Origin: Bacteroides sp.
GTDB taxonomy: Bacteria > Bacteroidota > Bacteroidia > Bacteroidales > Bacteroidaceae
DNA length: 64,000 nt
Assembly (NCBI GenBank): GCA_052357945.1
Contig: DAWCXD010000012.1
Span: 1,405 to 65,404 of the forward strand
Reading direction: 5' to 3'
Shown: piece by piece, positions 18,726-29,012 of the stretch
How the letters are laid out: each line of letters starts with the position of its first letter
Position numbering within the stretch: position 1 is the first letter of the stretch
Notes under the pieces: generated by a model
What the model saw: only the letters and a program-made list of their open reading frames with translations
Databases searched by the model: none
What the model was told of the DNA's origin: nothing
Translations under genes and position numbers: made by a program

Positions 18726-19529
18726 ATGAAACAGTTTAAAAATCTATTATTTCTTAGCTTAATTCTCCTTTGTGGGACGCTTGTTTCCTGTAAAAGCAGC
18801 AAAACATCTTCCGGTTGGTCTTTGATCTGGGAAGAGAACTTTAATCAAAAAAAGAGTTTTGATTCACAGGTCTGGAGCAAGATTCCACGAGGAAAGTCTG
18901 ACTGGAATAACTATATGACAGACTTTGATTCCTGCTATGCCATGCGTAAAGGCAAACTGGTGTTGAGAGGTATTGTCAATCATACCCACCCCAATGATAC
19001 TGCCCCTTATTTGACAGGCGGTGTGTATACAAAAGGCAAAAAGGCTTTTACGAACGGGCGTATTGAGATTTGTGCCAAGTTGAATGCGGCGGGAGGAGCA
19101 TGGCCTGCTATCTGGATGTTGCCTGAAGGAGCGGCATGGCCATCCGGCGGTGAGATTGATATCATGGAACGTTTGAATAACGATTCTATTGTTTATCAGA
19201 CAGTTCATTCCCATTACACTTATACGCTGGGGATCAAGGATCATCCGGTATCCCATTCTACGGGAGTGATTCACCCTGACCGCTACAATATTTTTGCAGT
19301 CGAAATGTATCCGGACAGTCTTTCATTTTATGTCAATGATGTGCATACGTTTACTTATCCCCGCATACAAACGAAAGAAGAGGGACAATTCCCTTTTAAT
19401 CAGCCCTTTTATCTGCTGATTGATATGCAGTTGGGAGGTTCGTGGGTGGGAGCAGTCTCTCCCGGGGATCTTCCGGTAGAAATGGAAGTGGACTGGGTAC
19501 GTTTTTATCAACGAAAGTCAATAAAATAA
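18726..19529 (+). CDS. Glycoside hydrolase family 16 lipoprotein
   Basis: Lipobox LVSC; WPAIWML and GEIDIME catalytic motif. Confidence 0.9.
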   Translation: MKQFKNLLFLSLILLCGTLVSCKSSKTSSGWSLIWEENFNQKKSFDSQVWSKIPRGKSDWNNYMTDFDSCYAMRKGKLVLRGIVNHTHPNDTAPYLTGGVYTKGKKAFTNGRIEICAKLNAAGGAWPAIWMLPEGAAWPSGGEIDIMERLNNDSIVYQTVHSHYTYTLGIKDHPVSHSTGVIHPDRYNIFAVEMYPDSLSFYVNDVHTFTYPRIQTKEEGQFPFNQPFYLLIDMQLGGSWVGAVSPGDLPVEMEVDWVRFYQRKSIK

Positions 19530-19537
19530 GAACATAT

Positions 19538-20446
19538 ATGGATATTCAATTTCCTCCCTTTTTGCAGAAAGGTGATAAAGTGGTTATTGTATCACCTTCG
19601 AGTAAGATAGACCAACAATTCCTGAAAGGAGCCAAGAAACGGATGGAATCATGGGGCTTGAAAGTGGCTATAGGAAAACATGCCGGAAGTTCATCCGGAA
19701 GATATGCCGGAACAATCAGGCAACGGCTGAAAGATTTGCAGGACGCGATGGACGACCCTAAGGTGAAAGCTATTCTTTGTAGTCGCGGAGGGTACGGGGC
19801 GGTACATTTGATTGATAAGATTGATTTTACGGCTTTTCATGAACATCCGAAATGGTTACTGGGTTTTAGCGATATAACGGCGTTACACAATCTGTTTCAG
19901 AAAAATGGATATGCTTCCCTTCATTCATTGATGGCACGTCATCTTACGGTGGAACCGGAAAATGATCTTTGTGCGAACTACCTGAAGGATATTCTATTGG
20001 GAAATATTCCTTCTTACGTGTGCGAGAAGCATAAACTGAACAAGCAGGGGACGGCACAAGGCGTTTTGCATGGCGGTAACATGGCGGTAGCCTACGGTTT
20101 GCGTGGCACTCCTTATGATATTCCGGCAGAAGGGACTATACTGTTTATTGAAGATGTCAGCGAACGTCCGCATGCCATCGAGCGTATGATGTATAATTTG
20201 AAACTGGGGGGCGTGTTGGAAAAACTGTCCGGATTGATTATCGGTCAATTTACAGAATATGAAGAAGACTGTTCGCTGGGTAAGGAATTGTATGCCGCTT
20301 TGGCAGATTTAGTAAAAGAGTATGATTATCCCGTCTGTTTCAATTTCCCGGTGGGGCATGTGACTCATAATCTTCCGCTTATCAACGGTGCACAAGTAGA
20401 GCTTGTGGTGGGAAAGAAAAATGTGGAACTGAAGTTTATATGTTAA
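19538..20446 (+). CDS. LD-carboxypeptidase (peptidase S66)
   Basis: RGGYGA, GFSDIT (Ser), ILFIED (Glu), FPVGH (His); start MDIQFPP. Confidence 0.92.
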   Translation: MDIQFPPFLQKGDKVVIVSPSSKIDQQFLKGAKKRMESWGLKVAIGKHAGSSSGRYAGTIRQRLKDLQDAMDDPKVKAILCSRGGYGAVHLIDKIDFTAFHEHPKWLLGFSDITALHNLFQKNGYASLHSLMARHLTVEPENDLCANYLKDILLGNIPSYVCEKHKLNKQGTAQGVLHGGNMAVAYGLRGTPYDIPAEGTILFIEDVSERPHAIERMMYNLKLGGVLEKLSGLIIGQFTEYEEDCSLGKELYAALADLVKEYDYPVCFNFPVGHVTHNLPLINGAQVELVVGKKNVELKFIC

Positions 20447-20516
20447 TAATCCATTCCATCTGAACGATGCTGTGGTGAAAATGACTAATTTTGAGGTTTT
20501 AATGGATAAAAGGACG

Positions 20517-21512
20517 ATGAAAAAGAAAACTATGATAGTATTAATGAGTGCCTTTTTGTTATTATCAGCATTCTCTTGCGGTGGAGGTAACAAGGCAAAT
20601 AGTACGAGTGAACAAGACGAAAAGACAGTTGTGAATGTACCGCAGTTTGATGCGGATAGTGCTTATTTGTATGTAAAGAATCAGGTAAATTTCGGACCTC
20701 GTGTTCCCAACACTAAAGAACATGTTGCCTGTGGCAATTACCTTGCCAGTCAATTAGAGGCTTTCGGTGCTCAAGTGACTAATCAATATGCTGATTTGAT
20801 TGCTTATGACGGTACGCTGTTGAAAGCGAGAAACATTATCGGTTCTTATAAGCCGGAAAGTAAAAAGAGAATCGCTCTGTTTGCACATTGGGATACACGT
20901 CCATGGGCTGATAACGATCCTGACGAGAAGAACCATAAAACTCCGATTCTGGGTGCAAATGATGGTGCCAGTGGGGTAGGAGCTTTGCTCGAAATAGCTC
21001 GTCTGGTCAATCAGCAACAACCGGAATTGGGGATTGATATCATTCTGTTGGATGCAGAGGACTATGGTGCGCCACAGTTTTATACAGGAAAGCATAAGGA
21101 GGAGTTCTGGTGTCTGGGATCGCAGTATTGGGCACGTAATCCTCATGTACAAGGATATAATGCACGTTTTGGTATCCTGCTCGATATGGTAGGAGGTGAA
21201 GGCAGTGTGTTTATGAAAGAAGGGTATTCGGAAGAATTTGCTCCGGACATAAATAAGAAGGTTTGGAAAGCGGCAAAGAAAGCGGGTTACGGAAAGACTT
21301 TCATGGATGGAAACGGAGGATTTGTAACAGACGACCATCTGTTCATTAATCGTCTGGCACGTATTAAAACAGTCGATATCATTCCATACAATCAGGAAGG
21401 TGATTTTACCCCGACATGGCATACGGTCAATGACAATATGGAACATATTGATAAGAATACGTTGAAAGCAGTCGGTCAGACGGTATTGGAAGTGATTTAC
21501 AATGAGAAATAA
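20517..21512 (+). CDS. M28-family lipoprotein, glutaminyl cyclase-like
   Basis: Lipobox AFSC; AHWDTR, GANDGASG, DAEDYG, LLDMVG, DDH, WHT motifs. Confidence 0.8.
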   Translation: MKKKTMIVLMSAFLLLSAFSCGGGNKANSTSEQDEKTVVNVPQFDADSAYLYVKNQVNFGPRVPNTKEHVACGNYLASQLEAFGAQVTNQYADLIAYDGTLLKARNIIGSYKPESKKRIALFAHWDTRPWADNDPDEKNHKTPILGANDGASGVGALLEIARLVNQQQPELGIDIILLDAEDYGAPQFYTGKHKEEFWCLGSQYWARNPHVQGYNARFGILLDMVGGEGSVFMKEGYSEEFAPDINKKVWKAAKKAGYGKTFMDGNGGFVTDDHLFINRLARIKTVDIIPYNQEGDFTPTWHTVNDNMEHIDKNTLKAVGQTVLEVIYNEK

Positions 21513-21550
21513 TAGAATTTTGGCTATTGTCTAATTAAATAATTACTATA

Positions 21551-21976
21551 ATGTCAATTAATGAACTACAAGATGAAGTGATTGCGGAATTCAGTGACTT
21601 CGACGATTGGATGGACCGTTATCAATTACTTATTGATCTGGGGAATGAGCAGGAACCACTTGAAGAAAAATATAAGACGGAACAAAATCTGATTGAAGGA
21701 TGCCAGAGCAGGGTATGGCTTCAAGCGGATGATGTGGATGGTAAAATCGTTTTTAAAGCAGAAAGCGATGCTTTGATTGTAAAGGGGATTATTGCCTTGT
21801 TGATTAAAGTCTTTTCCGGACATACTCCTGATGAAATCTTGAATGCAGATCTTTATTTTATAGACAAGATCGGACTGAAAGAGCATCTATCGCCAACGCG
21901 TAGCAACGGTTTGCTGTCGATGGTAAAACAAATACGAATGTATGCATTAGCATTCAAAGCGAAAGAGGGGAAGTAA
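21551..21976 (+). CDS. sufE: Fe-S metabolism protein SufE
   Basis: IEGCQSRVW, AESDALIVKG, LSPTRSNGL. Confidence 0.93.
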   Translation: MSINELQDEVIAEFSDFDDWMDRYQLLIDLGNEQEPLEEKYKTEQNLIEGCQSRVWLQADDVDGKIVFKAESDALIVKGIIALLIKVFSGHTPDEILNADLYFIDKIGLKEHLSPTRSNGLLSMVKQIRMYALAFKAKEGK

Positions 21977-21990
21977 AAACTTCCCTTTTT
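21962..21990. terminator. Bidirectional terminator between sufE and the CPBP gene
   Basis: gggaagt-aaaa-acttccc stem flanked by A- and T-rich runs between convergent stops. Confidence 0.55.
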
Positions 21991-22769
21991 TATTGCTGCT
22001 TTTGAGAAGTCAGGTGGTTCATGGTCAGTATGATACCGATAAACAGGAGGATTGACCCGAATAGGACGATGAGATACGGGGTACCGTTAATCAGGTCGTC
22101 CATATTTTCTGCTTCGGGATATTTGATGCTAAGATAGACTGACAATGAGTTGTTTAGTACATGCATCAGTATACAAGGTATCAGACTGCCTGTTTTGTAA
22201 TAAGTCCATGCCAGCAGGATACCGATCAGAAAAGCCGGAAGGATCTGGGCGGGATTTATATGAAAGACACCGAACAGAAGTGCGGAAATCAGAATTGCTT
22301 TAGTCGGATTGTATTGCTGAAGTAAAGCGTGTGTAATGGCTCCGCGAAACAATAACTCTTCAAGTACGGGACCTACGATGGCTATTGCAAGAATGCCGCC
22401 CCAACCGGATTGGAGAATGTTGAAAGATTGTTCCATGATATTAGGAATCCAATCCAGCAGGCTCATTAGTGAGGAGACTGCAAACCCGCAAGTGAGGATT
22501 GCAATGGCACTACAGGCCAGATAAGGGGCTGATACAGGTAACCATGTTGTTTTCTTTTTACTGATATAACCGGCTTTCCATAGATAAATACCCATCATAA
22601 TCTGACCGGCTAGTTGTGCCGGGATCATAATCATTTGCGTCAGAGTGACTTTATCCAGATTTCCCGTGGTGACGAACAAATAGATCGTACAGGGAATCAT
22701 AATCAGGATTGGAGCAATAATCTGCGCAATGAGAAGGTCTATTAATACTAACTTGATAGCCGTTTTCAT
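21990..22769 (-). CDS. CPBP/CAAX-family intramembrane metalloprotease
   Basis: PVLEELLFRG, LFGVFH, LMHVLNN motifs. Confidence 0.92.
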   Translation of the reverse strand: MKTAIKLVLIDLLIAQIIAPILIMIPCTIYLFVTTGNLDKVTLTQMIMIPAQLAGQIMMGIYLWKAGYISKKKTTWLPVSAPYLACSAIAILTCGFAVSSLMSLLDWIPNIMEQSFNILQSGWGGILAIAIVGPVLEELLFRGAITHALLQQYNPTKAILISALLFGVFHINPAQILPAFLIGILLAWTYYKTGSLIPCILMHVLNNSLSVYLSIKYPEAENMDDLINGTPYLIVLFGSILLFIGIILTMNHLTSQKQQ

Positions 22770-22871
22770 GTTTTTTTATTTAGTGGTAAAGAAACTATAG
22801 ATAAACATAGCTAACATGGATATAGCTATTACCACCAAAGAGATGCTCATAAATGACTTTTGCATAAGAAT

Positions 22872-23819
22872 CTATTTTTTAAGAATTGTTTCTGTCTCTT
22901 CAGCATCCTTATGGAGCTGTGTTATTAACTCGTCGATACTGGAGAATTTCAGTTCGGGACGTGTCCGTTTAACAAAAGTAAGCCGGATGAATTTATCATA
23001 TATGTCAGAATGGAAGTGGAGGATATTCACCTCAATCGTCCGGTTCGGACCATTGTCTATCGTCGGGCGGACACCTATATTCAGCATCCCCATATACGTT
23101 TCTCCGTCAAATGTTACCCATACGGCATATACGCCATCGGCAGGAATCAGTTTATCGGGATCATCCACCCGTAAATTGGCTGTTGGGAAACCTATCTTTC
23201 TGCCTACCTGATAGCCGCCTACTACGATCCCGTCAAGGAAATATTCATATTTCAGACAATGGGCGGCCAGGCTAACTTCTCCTTCATGAAGAAGTTTACG
23301 GATCAGGGAAGAGCTCACCGGAATGTTGGGCTCGTTCCCTATTTTTATATTGCTGGTATACGCTTTGGCGCGAATCACTTCTATGCCAATTTCTTTTCCA
23401 TAACGTACATAATCCTCGAAGCCTTCGCTGCGGTTATGTCCGAAACGATGGTCATAGCCGATAACCAGATATTTTACCTGATAACGCTCTTTTAGCAACT
23501 GTGTCATAAACTCCCGGGCAGTGAGCCGGGAAATTTCCGGAGTGAAATCAAGCATCAGGCAGTAGTCTACCCCGATGTCTGCAAGCAGACTTATTTTTTC
23601 TTCGGGGGTAGTCAGAAGTTCCGGACGATACTCCGCATTCATCACTTTTCGGGGATGAACGGGAAAAGTAACCAATGCAGAGCGTAGACCTTTGGCGGCG
23701 GCTATCTCTTTCACTTGCTGAATCAGATAGCGATGTCCTGCATGTACTCCATCAAAGAAGCCGATGGTAGCTACGCAGGGTTCCGGGGTAATGGCCGATG
23801 TGTCACGTATAATCTGCAT
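22872..23819 (-). CDS. ribF: Bifunctional riboflavin kinase/FAD synthetase
   Basis: IGFFDGVHAGH, GYDHRFG, VSSSLIR, GRKIGFPTAN, NIGVRPT. Confidence 0.96.
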   Translation of the reverse strand: MQIIRDTSAITPEPCVATIGFFDGVHAGHRYLIQQVKEIAAAKGLRSALVTFPVHPRKVMNAEYRPELLTTPEEKISLLADIGVDYCLMLDFTPEISRLTAREFMTQLLKERYQVKYLVIGYDHRFGHNRSEGFEDYVRYGKEIGIEVIRAKAYTSNIKIGNEPNIPVSSSLIRKLLHEGEVSLAAHCLKYEYFLDGIVVGGYQVGRKIGFPTANLRVDDPDKLIPADGVYAVWVTFDGETYMGMLNIGVRPTIDNGPNRTIEVNILHFHSDIYDKFIRLTFVKRTRPELKFSSIDELITQLHKDAEETETILKK

Positions 23820-23829
23820 ATCTCTAAAA

Positions 23830-24453
23830 TTATTTGAGGTTGAAAAGAGGACTCCAGTCTTCGCCTGCTTTCGCTGTATAGGTGGAAATTCCTAAATTTT
23901 GGGCTGTCTTACAGTTCATTTCAGAGTCATCAATAAAAAGCGTTTCTTTCGGCTCGATACCGGCATCCTCTATGATTGCCTTGAATATCTCCGGTTCGGG
24001 CTTGGCCATTTTCATTTCAAAAGATAGGTACGCTTTTTCAAAATAATCTTCCACCTTAAAGGTGCGGTAAGGAAACAAATGAGCACATGTCCATTCCCAA
24101 TGAATTTGGTTGGTATTGCTCAATAAATAGACGACATATTTCTCACGTAATTTTAATAATAAATCCAGTTTTTGTGTGGGTATATCTACCAGAAAACTAT
24201 TCCAGGCTGCATCTATTTGTTTGTCGCTAACTGCTTTGCCTATCATTTTACGAACTCCGTCACGGAATTCGGCAGGTGTAATCAATCCTTTTTCCTGTTG
24301 CATCAGGAGTCCGTTCGGATTATGGATATCCAGCAATTCATCCACGTTTTGGAGCCCTAACTTCTGAAAGTGTTCAATGCAACGTTGGCGGTCGAGATTG
24401 ATAAGTACACCACCTAAATCAATAAGAAGGTTTTTTATTCCTTTACTTTTCAT
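23830..24453 (-). CDS. HAD-family phosphatase
   Basis: DLGGVL motif I, LLSNTN, KPEPEIF, LFIDDS; start MKSKGIK. Confidence 0.9.
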   Translation of the reverse strand: MKSKGIKNLLIDLGGVLINLDRQRCIEHFQKLGLQNVDELLDIHNPNGLLMQQEKGLITPAEFRDGVRKMIGKAVSDKQIDAAWNSFLVDIPTQKLDLLLKLREKYVVYLLSNTNQIHWEWTCAHLFPYRTFKVEDYFEKAYLSFEMKMAKPEPEIFKAIIEDAGIEPKETLFIDDSEMNCKTAQNLGISTYTAKAGEDWSPLFNLK

Positions 24454-27148
24454 TTCTGTCTTTTTTGTGAATAATACGTTGAACAAGGCGAACAAGTTCT
24501 CCAACCCATAACACCGTGGACGAAACGCCTATAATAAGAAACCAGGTTTGCCAGTCGAGCGGTTCCGTGCGGAATACGGCTCCACCGAACTGTACGATGA
24601 GGAATTGTCCGGCAAGAATAGCCAGTACAATAAGCTCCATCCCGTACGATTTGGAAAGTCCCTTGAATGCCGAATCGGTAGTACCGAATACACGGGCATT
24701 GAACAGATTCCAGAATTGCAGCATGACAAAGAAGGTGAAGAAAATAGTCAGGTTGTGTACATTCATTCCTTGCGTACTGTGGTCGAAATAATAAATCATT
24801 CCGAGCAATACGATGAGGAAGATAGAGCCCACACCTATTATATTAGACCGCATCGCCTTACTGATAATAAAATCGGTACTGCGACGAGGTTTCTCAAGCA
24901 TCACCGTTTCGCTGGGTGGAATGGAGGCAAGAGCCAAAGCGGCAAAAGTATCCATAATCAGGTTCACCCATAACATTTGTGTTACAGTCAGCGGAAGTTC
25001 CGTACCGATTACGGAGCCTAGCAGAACGATAAGCAATGCCACAAAGTTGATCGTTAGCTGGAAAACAATGAAACGCTGGATATTCTTATACAGTGAACGT
25101 CCCCACATGACAGCGGTTCCGATACTGTTGAAGGAGTCATCGAGCAATGTAATATCACTGGCTTCTTTAGCTACAGAAGTACCTGTACCCATCGATAAAC
25201 CTACTTGAGCATGATTCAAAGCCGGGGCGTCATTGGTTCCGTCTCCGGTTACGGCTACGACTGCTCCTTTTTGCTGAAGCAGCTGCACCAAGCGTTGCTT
25301 GTCTGTCGGGCGGGCGCGGGACATAATTTTTAAGTCCATCACTCTATCCAGTGCTTCTTCGTCGCTCAATTCGGCAAATGCAACACCGGTGATTCGATTC
25401 CGTTCGGTATCTGTTTCGGGGTTCCAAAGACCTATCTGACGTGCGATTTCCGTTGCAGTTCCCGGAGTATCACCCGTCACGATCTTGATGCCGATACCTG
25501 CGGACTGGCATTTAGCAACCGCAGCAGGTACGTCCGGACGAATCGGGTCGGAGATGGCAACCACTCCCAAGAAATTGAGGTCGTTGGCTGAAACCAGTTC
25601 CGTACAATCGTTCGGCTCATTTTCTCCGACAATCTTGAATGCAAATCCAAGTGTACGCATAGCCATATTCTGATAACTCAACAGTTGTGCTTCTACTGTA
25701 GAACGATATTCTACGGCGTCTATTTGCCGTCCGTCTAAGACTACTTCTTTACACTTGCCCAAAACAATTTCCGGGGCTCCTTTTATATATAGTATTTTTT
25801 TGCCGATCAGTGGCGACTCAATAAGGGTTGCCATGAATTTCCGTTCGGTAGAGAAAGTGAGTTGGTCGAGGATATGTGCTTTCTCACGAAGTTCCAGATA
25901 ATTTTTTCCTTGCTTGTTAAGCCAAAGCAATAAAGCTACTTCGGTGGGATTTCCTACTCCTTTCGGCTTCTCACCGGTCGTTGACTCTTCGAGGAAAGCG
26001 GTTGAGTTAGCGCTTATTCCTTCTGCAATGAGTGTGCTGATATCATCATCGGACAAAACACTGCCATTTTTGATGCCATAGAAATTAGGTTCGTGCACTT
26101 GCATCAGGTTTTGAGTCAGTGTACCGGTTTTATCCGTACAAATCACAGTGATGGCTCCCATTGTTTCGCAGGCGTGCATTTTCCGCACCAGGTTGTTGGT
26201 AGAAAGCATACGACGCATGTTCAATGCCAGGCTAAGAGTGACGCTCATTGGCAATCCTTCAGGCACAGCTACCACAATCAGCGTAACTGCCATCATAAAA
26301 TATTTCAGTGTCCGTTCGAAAACAGGAAGCCACTCATGCCACCCGTTCAGTGAACCGAAATCAAAGAATAGTAATACGTCTTTGACAAAGAAAATAAGGA
26401 AAGCGAGACCAGCCACCGTAAAACCAATCTTTCCGATGAGGTTTGCGAGTTTAGTCAACTGTATGTTCAGCGGAGTAGGTTCGAGGTTGTCTTCGGTGCT
26501 CTGTCGGGCTACTTTTCCGATTTCAGTAGCATCTCCCACGTGCAGAACGCGCATGGTGCCATGACCGTCTACCACTGTTGTTCCACGCATCACCAGATTG
26601 GAAGCATAAGTTGCTTCTTCATCAAAGTCAGCTTCTACAGTTGTTTTATTTATAACGGGTTCCCCCGTCAGATTAGATTCGTTTACTTGCAAAGAGATGG
26701 CTTCCAGTAATTCTCCATCGGCCGGAATTTCTTCACCCGTTTCCAGAATTACGATATCATCTACCACTATGTCTTTGCGGGGAATTTCCTGCACACGTCC
26801 GTTTCGGATCACTTTTACCAATGTTTCTTCATTGACTGCATTCAGCAGATCAAACTTTTTGCTGGCATCATACTCGAAAAAGAAACCGATTCCGGTAGCC
26901 AGTAAGATAGCGGCTATAATTCCGATTGTTTCAGCGTATTCGTTCTCGATGATAGAAATGATTAACGAGAAAGCGGCTGCTACTAATAGTACGCGTACAA
27001 CCGGGTCTTCAAATTTTTCCAGATAAAGTTTCCAGAGGGAAGGACGCTTGGGAGGTGTTAACAGGTTAATACCATTTTCCTCCCTGCTTTGTAGGACTTC
27101 GTCATCCGTAAGTCCTAAGTGATAATAGTCATTTTTATTTGTACTCAT
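24443..27148 (-). CDS. Ca2+-translocating P-type ATPase (type II, PMCA-like)
   Basis: LTGE, VPEGL, DKTGTLT, KGAPE, TGDGTNDAPAL, QMLWVNLIMDT. Confidence 0.93.
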   Translation of the reverse strand: MSTNKNDYYHLGLTDDEVLQSREENGINLLTPPKRPSLWKLYLEKFEDPVVRVLLVAAAFSLIISIIENEYAETIGIIAAILLATGIGFFFEYDASKKFDLLNAVNEETLVKVIRNGRVQEIPRKDIVVDDIVILETGEEIPADGELLEAISLQVNESNLTGEPVINKTTVEADFDEEATYASNLVMRGTTVVDGHGTMRVLHVGDATEIGKVARQSTEDNLEPTPLNIQLTKLANLIGKIGFTVAGLAFLIFFVKDVLLFFDFGSLNGWHEWLPVFERTLKYFMMAVTLIVVAVPEGLPMSVTLSLALNMRRMLSTNNLVRKMHACETMGAITVICTDKTGTLTQNLMQVHEPNFYGIKNGSVLSDDDISTLIAEGISANSTAFLEESTTGEKPKGVGNPTEVALLLWLNKQGKNYLELREKAHILDQLTFSTERKFMATLIESPLIGKKILYIKGAPEIVLGKCKEVVLDGRQIDAVEYRSTVEAQLLSYQNMAMRTLGFAFKIVGENEPNDCTELVSANDLNFLGVVAISDPIRPDVPAAVAKCQSAGIGIKIVTGDTPGTATEIARQIGLWNPETDTERNRITGVAFAELSDEEALDRVMDLKIMSRARPTDKQRLVQLLQQKGAVVAVTGDGTNDAPALNHAQVGLSMGTGTSVAKEASDITLLDDSFNSIGTAVMWGRSLYKNIQRFIVFQLTINFVALLIVLLGSVIGTELPLTVTQMLWVNLIMDTFAALALASIPPSETVMLEKPRRSTDFIISKAMRSNIIGVGSIFLIVLLGMIYYFDHSTQGMNVHNLTIFFTFFVMLQFWNLFNARVFGTTDSAFKGLSKSYGMELIVLAILAGQFLIVQFGGAVFRTEPLDWQTWFLIIGVSSTVLWVGELVRLVQRIIHKKDRNEK

Positions 27149-27238
27149 GCAGATACATGCGTTTAGTTTGAACCGCAAAAATACAACATAAAATTGTGAT
27201 AAAATGTTTAATTAAAACTTTTTATGAAGTCGAATTTG

Positions 27239-28501
27239 TTACCGTGGTTTACCACATGTACGATAAGGAATTGTAAACCAGAATGTAGAGCCCTCACCTT
27301 CTACGGAATCCGCACCAATCTGACCGCCTAGTTTGGCGACAATGGTTTGAGAAATAGAGAGTCCCAGTCCGGCTCCTTTCTTATCTTTGTTCAGTTTCAC
27401 AAAGCGTTCGAATACATCCGGTAATTTTTCTGCCGGAATTCCTGCTCCGGTATCCTTGACATAAAAGTAGAGTTCGGTATCTCTTGCTTCATATCCGATG
27501 CGAATACTACCTTCGTGGGTGAACTTAATGGCGTTGCCGGCAAAGTTGGAAAGTACCTGCGCCACCCGGTTGCGATCTGTTTGAATCATACACGAAGAAC
27601 GAGATGATTCCGCTATAATTTGTATCTTTCCTCCGGCGTCATTGACTCTCATCTGGAAAAGTTGTTGTAAATCAGAAAGCAGCTGATTGACGTCAACCGT
27701 TGTCTGTACAAATTCCAATGTTCCGGCTTCGATTTTAGACATATCCAGAATGTCGTTGACCAACTGCATCAGGAGGTCGGCATTCATTTTTATGATTTCC
27801 TGATATTGAGCCTTTTCTTCTTCTGTATTTGCACTGCCCAGTACCTCTGCAAATCCTGTAATAGCATTGAGAGGCGTGCGGATTTCATGGCTCATATTAG
27901 CTAAAAAGGCAGATTTTGAAATATCCGCTTTTTCCGCTTTTTCTTTGGCTAGTCTCAATTCCTCTTCGGCTTGTTTCCGCCGGGTGACGTCATGTACGGT
28001 GATGACCATATTCTCTTCTTCATTAAGAAGGAAGTAGGAGCCGGATATGACTGCGTCACATTTCACGCTCGTATTGTCAGACGTGACTACGGATAAAGTT
28101 GCTTCGAGATCCGTGAAGTTCCGTCTCTGTTCAAAGGCTTGGCGTATGGCAGTACGTATCGGACAGGAACCACAAAAACTATGTGTGCCACAACCTCCTT
28201 CGGCTGCCAATGCGTTACGGCATTGCAGCAGGTCGCCCACTCTTTTTTCTTCTGTTCCTTTCCTGGTTCCGGTTTTTTGATAATAATTGGTCTTCAGCAC
28301 CTTAAAATCATTGTCTATTAGCAGAATAAAGGCATGTACATTCTTTAAGATGGCACCGGCGATATGGCTGGTACGTTCCAACTTTCTGGATTCACGAAAC
28401 AAGCGCCGTTGCATCCGGAGGCATTTCCTACGTTCCCATAAAAAACTGATGAGTAGGACTGCACATAAAACTATTAAGGTCGACAATAGTGCTATAAGCA
28501 T
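27239..28501 (-). CDS. Orphan sensor histidine kinase with a Cys-rich PAS-like domain
   Basis: N-terminal TM, NMSHEIRTPL H-box, NAIKFT, DTGAGI, GAGLGLSI; start MLIALLS. Confidence 0.9.
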   Translation of the reverse strand: MLIALLSTLIVLCAVLLISFLWERRKCLRMQRRLFRESRKLERTSHIAGAILKNVHAFILLIDNDFKVLKTNYYQKTGTRKGTEEKRVGDLLQCRNALAAEGGCGTHSFCGSCPIRTAIRQAFEQRRNFTDLEATLSVVTSDNTSVKCDAVISGSYFLLNEEENMVITVHDVTRRKQAEEELRLAKEKAEKADISKSAFLANMSHEIRTPLNAITGFAEVLGSANTEEEKAQYQEIIKMNADLLMQLVNDILDMSKIEAGTLEFVQTTVDVNQLLSDLQQLFQMRVNDAGGKIQIIAESSRSSCMIQTDRNRVAQVLSNFAGNAIKFTHEGSIRIGYEARDTELYFYVKDTGAGIPAEKLPDVFERFVKLNKDKKGAGLGLSISQTIVAKLGGQIGADSVEGEGSTFWFTIPYRTCGKPR

Positions 28502-28637
28502 AGTGTAATATTGTTGTTTTAGCTTGATAATATGACTACAAAGATAGTTTTTTTCTTTAGTTTGGAAAATAGTGTTGAACAAATATCTTCCTTTTTGTGT
28601 TATATTATTCAGAAAACCATTTAAAAATACGAACGTT

Positions 28638-28802
28638 ATGAAAAAGTACATTTGCACGGTCTGTGAATATATTTACGACCCCGAACAAGGAGATCCGGAA
28701 AGCGGAATTGAACCAGGAACAGCATTTGAAGACATTCCAGATGATTGGACTTGTCCGTTATGCGGAGTCGGCAAAGAAGATTTTGAACCGTACGAAGGAT
28801 AA
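28638..28802 (+). CDS. Rubredoxin
   Basis: 54 aa, CTVC...[10 protein letters not shown]. Confidence 0.97.
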   Translation: MKKYICTVCEYIYDPEQGDPESGIEPGTAFEDIPDDWTCPLCGVGKEDFEPYEG

Positions 28803-28831
28803 AACCAAGAGAGAATTATTAAGAGGAGAAT

Positions 28832-28866
28832 GACTGGGTGTATAGATATATACCCGGTCTTTTTTG
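28832..28866 (+). terminator. Rubredoxin terminator
   Basis: gactgggtgtata/tatatacccggtc stem with G-U pairs followed by a T-run. Confidence 0.75.
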
Positions 28867-28921
28867 TTTTTATACTGGAGGATGAAATCTTTTTGCTCAA
28901 TATTAATTGAACATAGAAGAA

Positions 28922-28958
28922 CGGTACAGCGCAAGTTCTTTGAACAACCGCTGTACCG
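28922..28958 (-). terminator. Hairpin downstream of lyase A
   Basis: cggtacagcg...cgctgtaccg 10-bp perfect stem. Confidence 0.5.
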
Positions 28959-29012
28959 AATCTACTTTATTGGGACGTCTTGCAGAATGATATGTGTATT
29001 AATTATCCTGCT

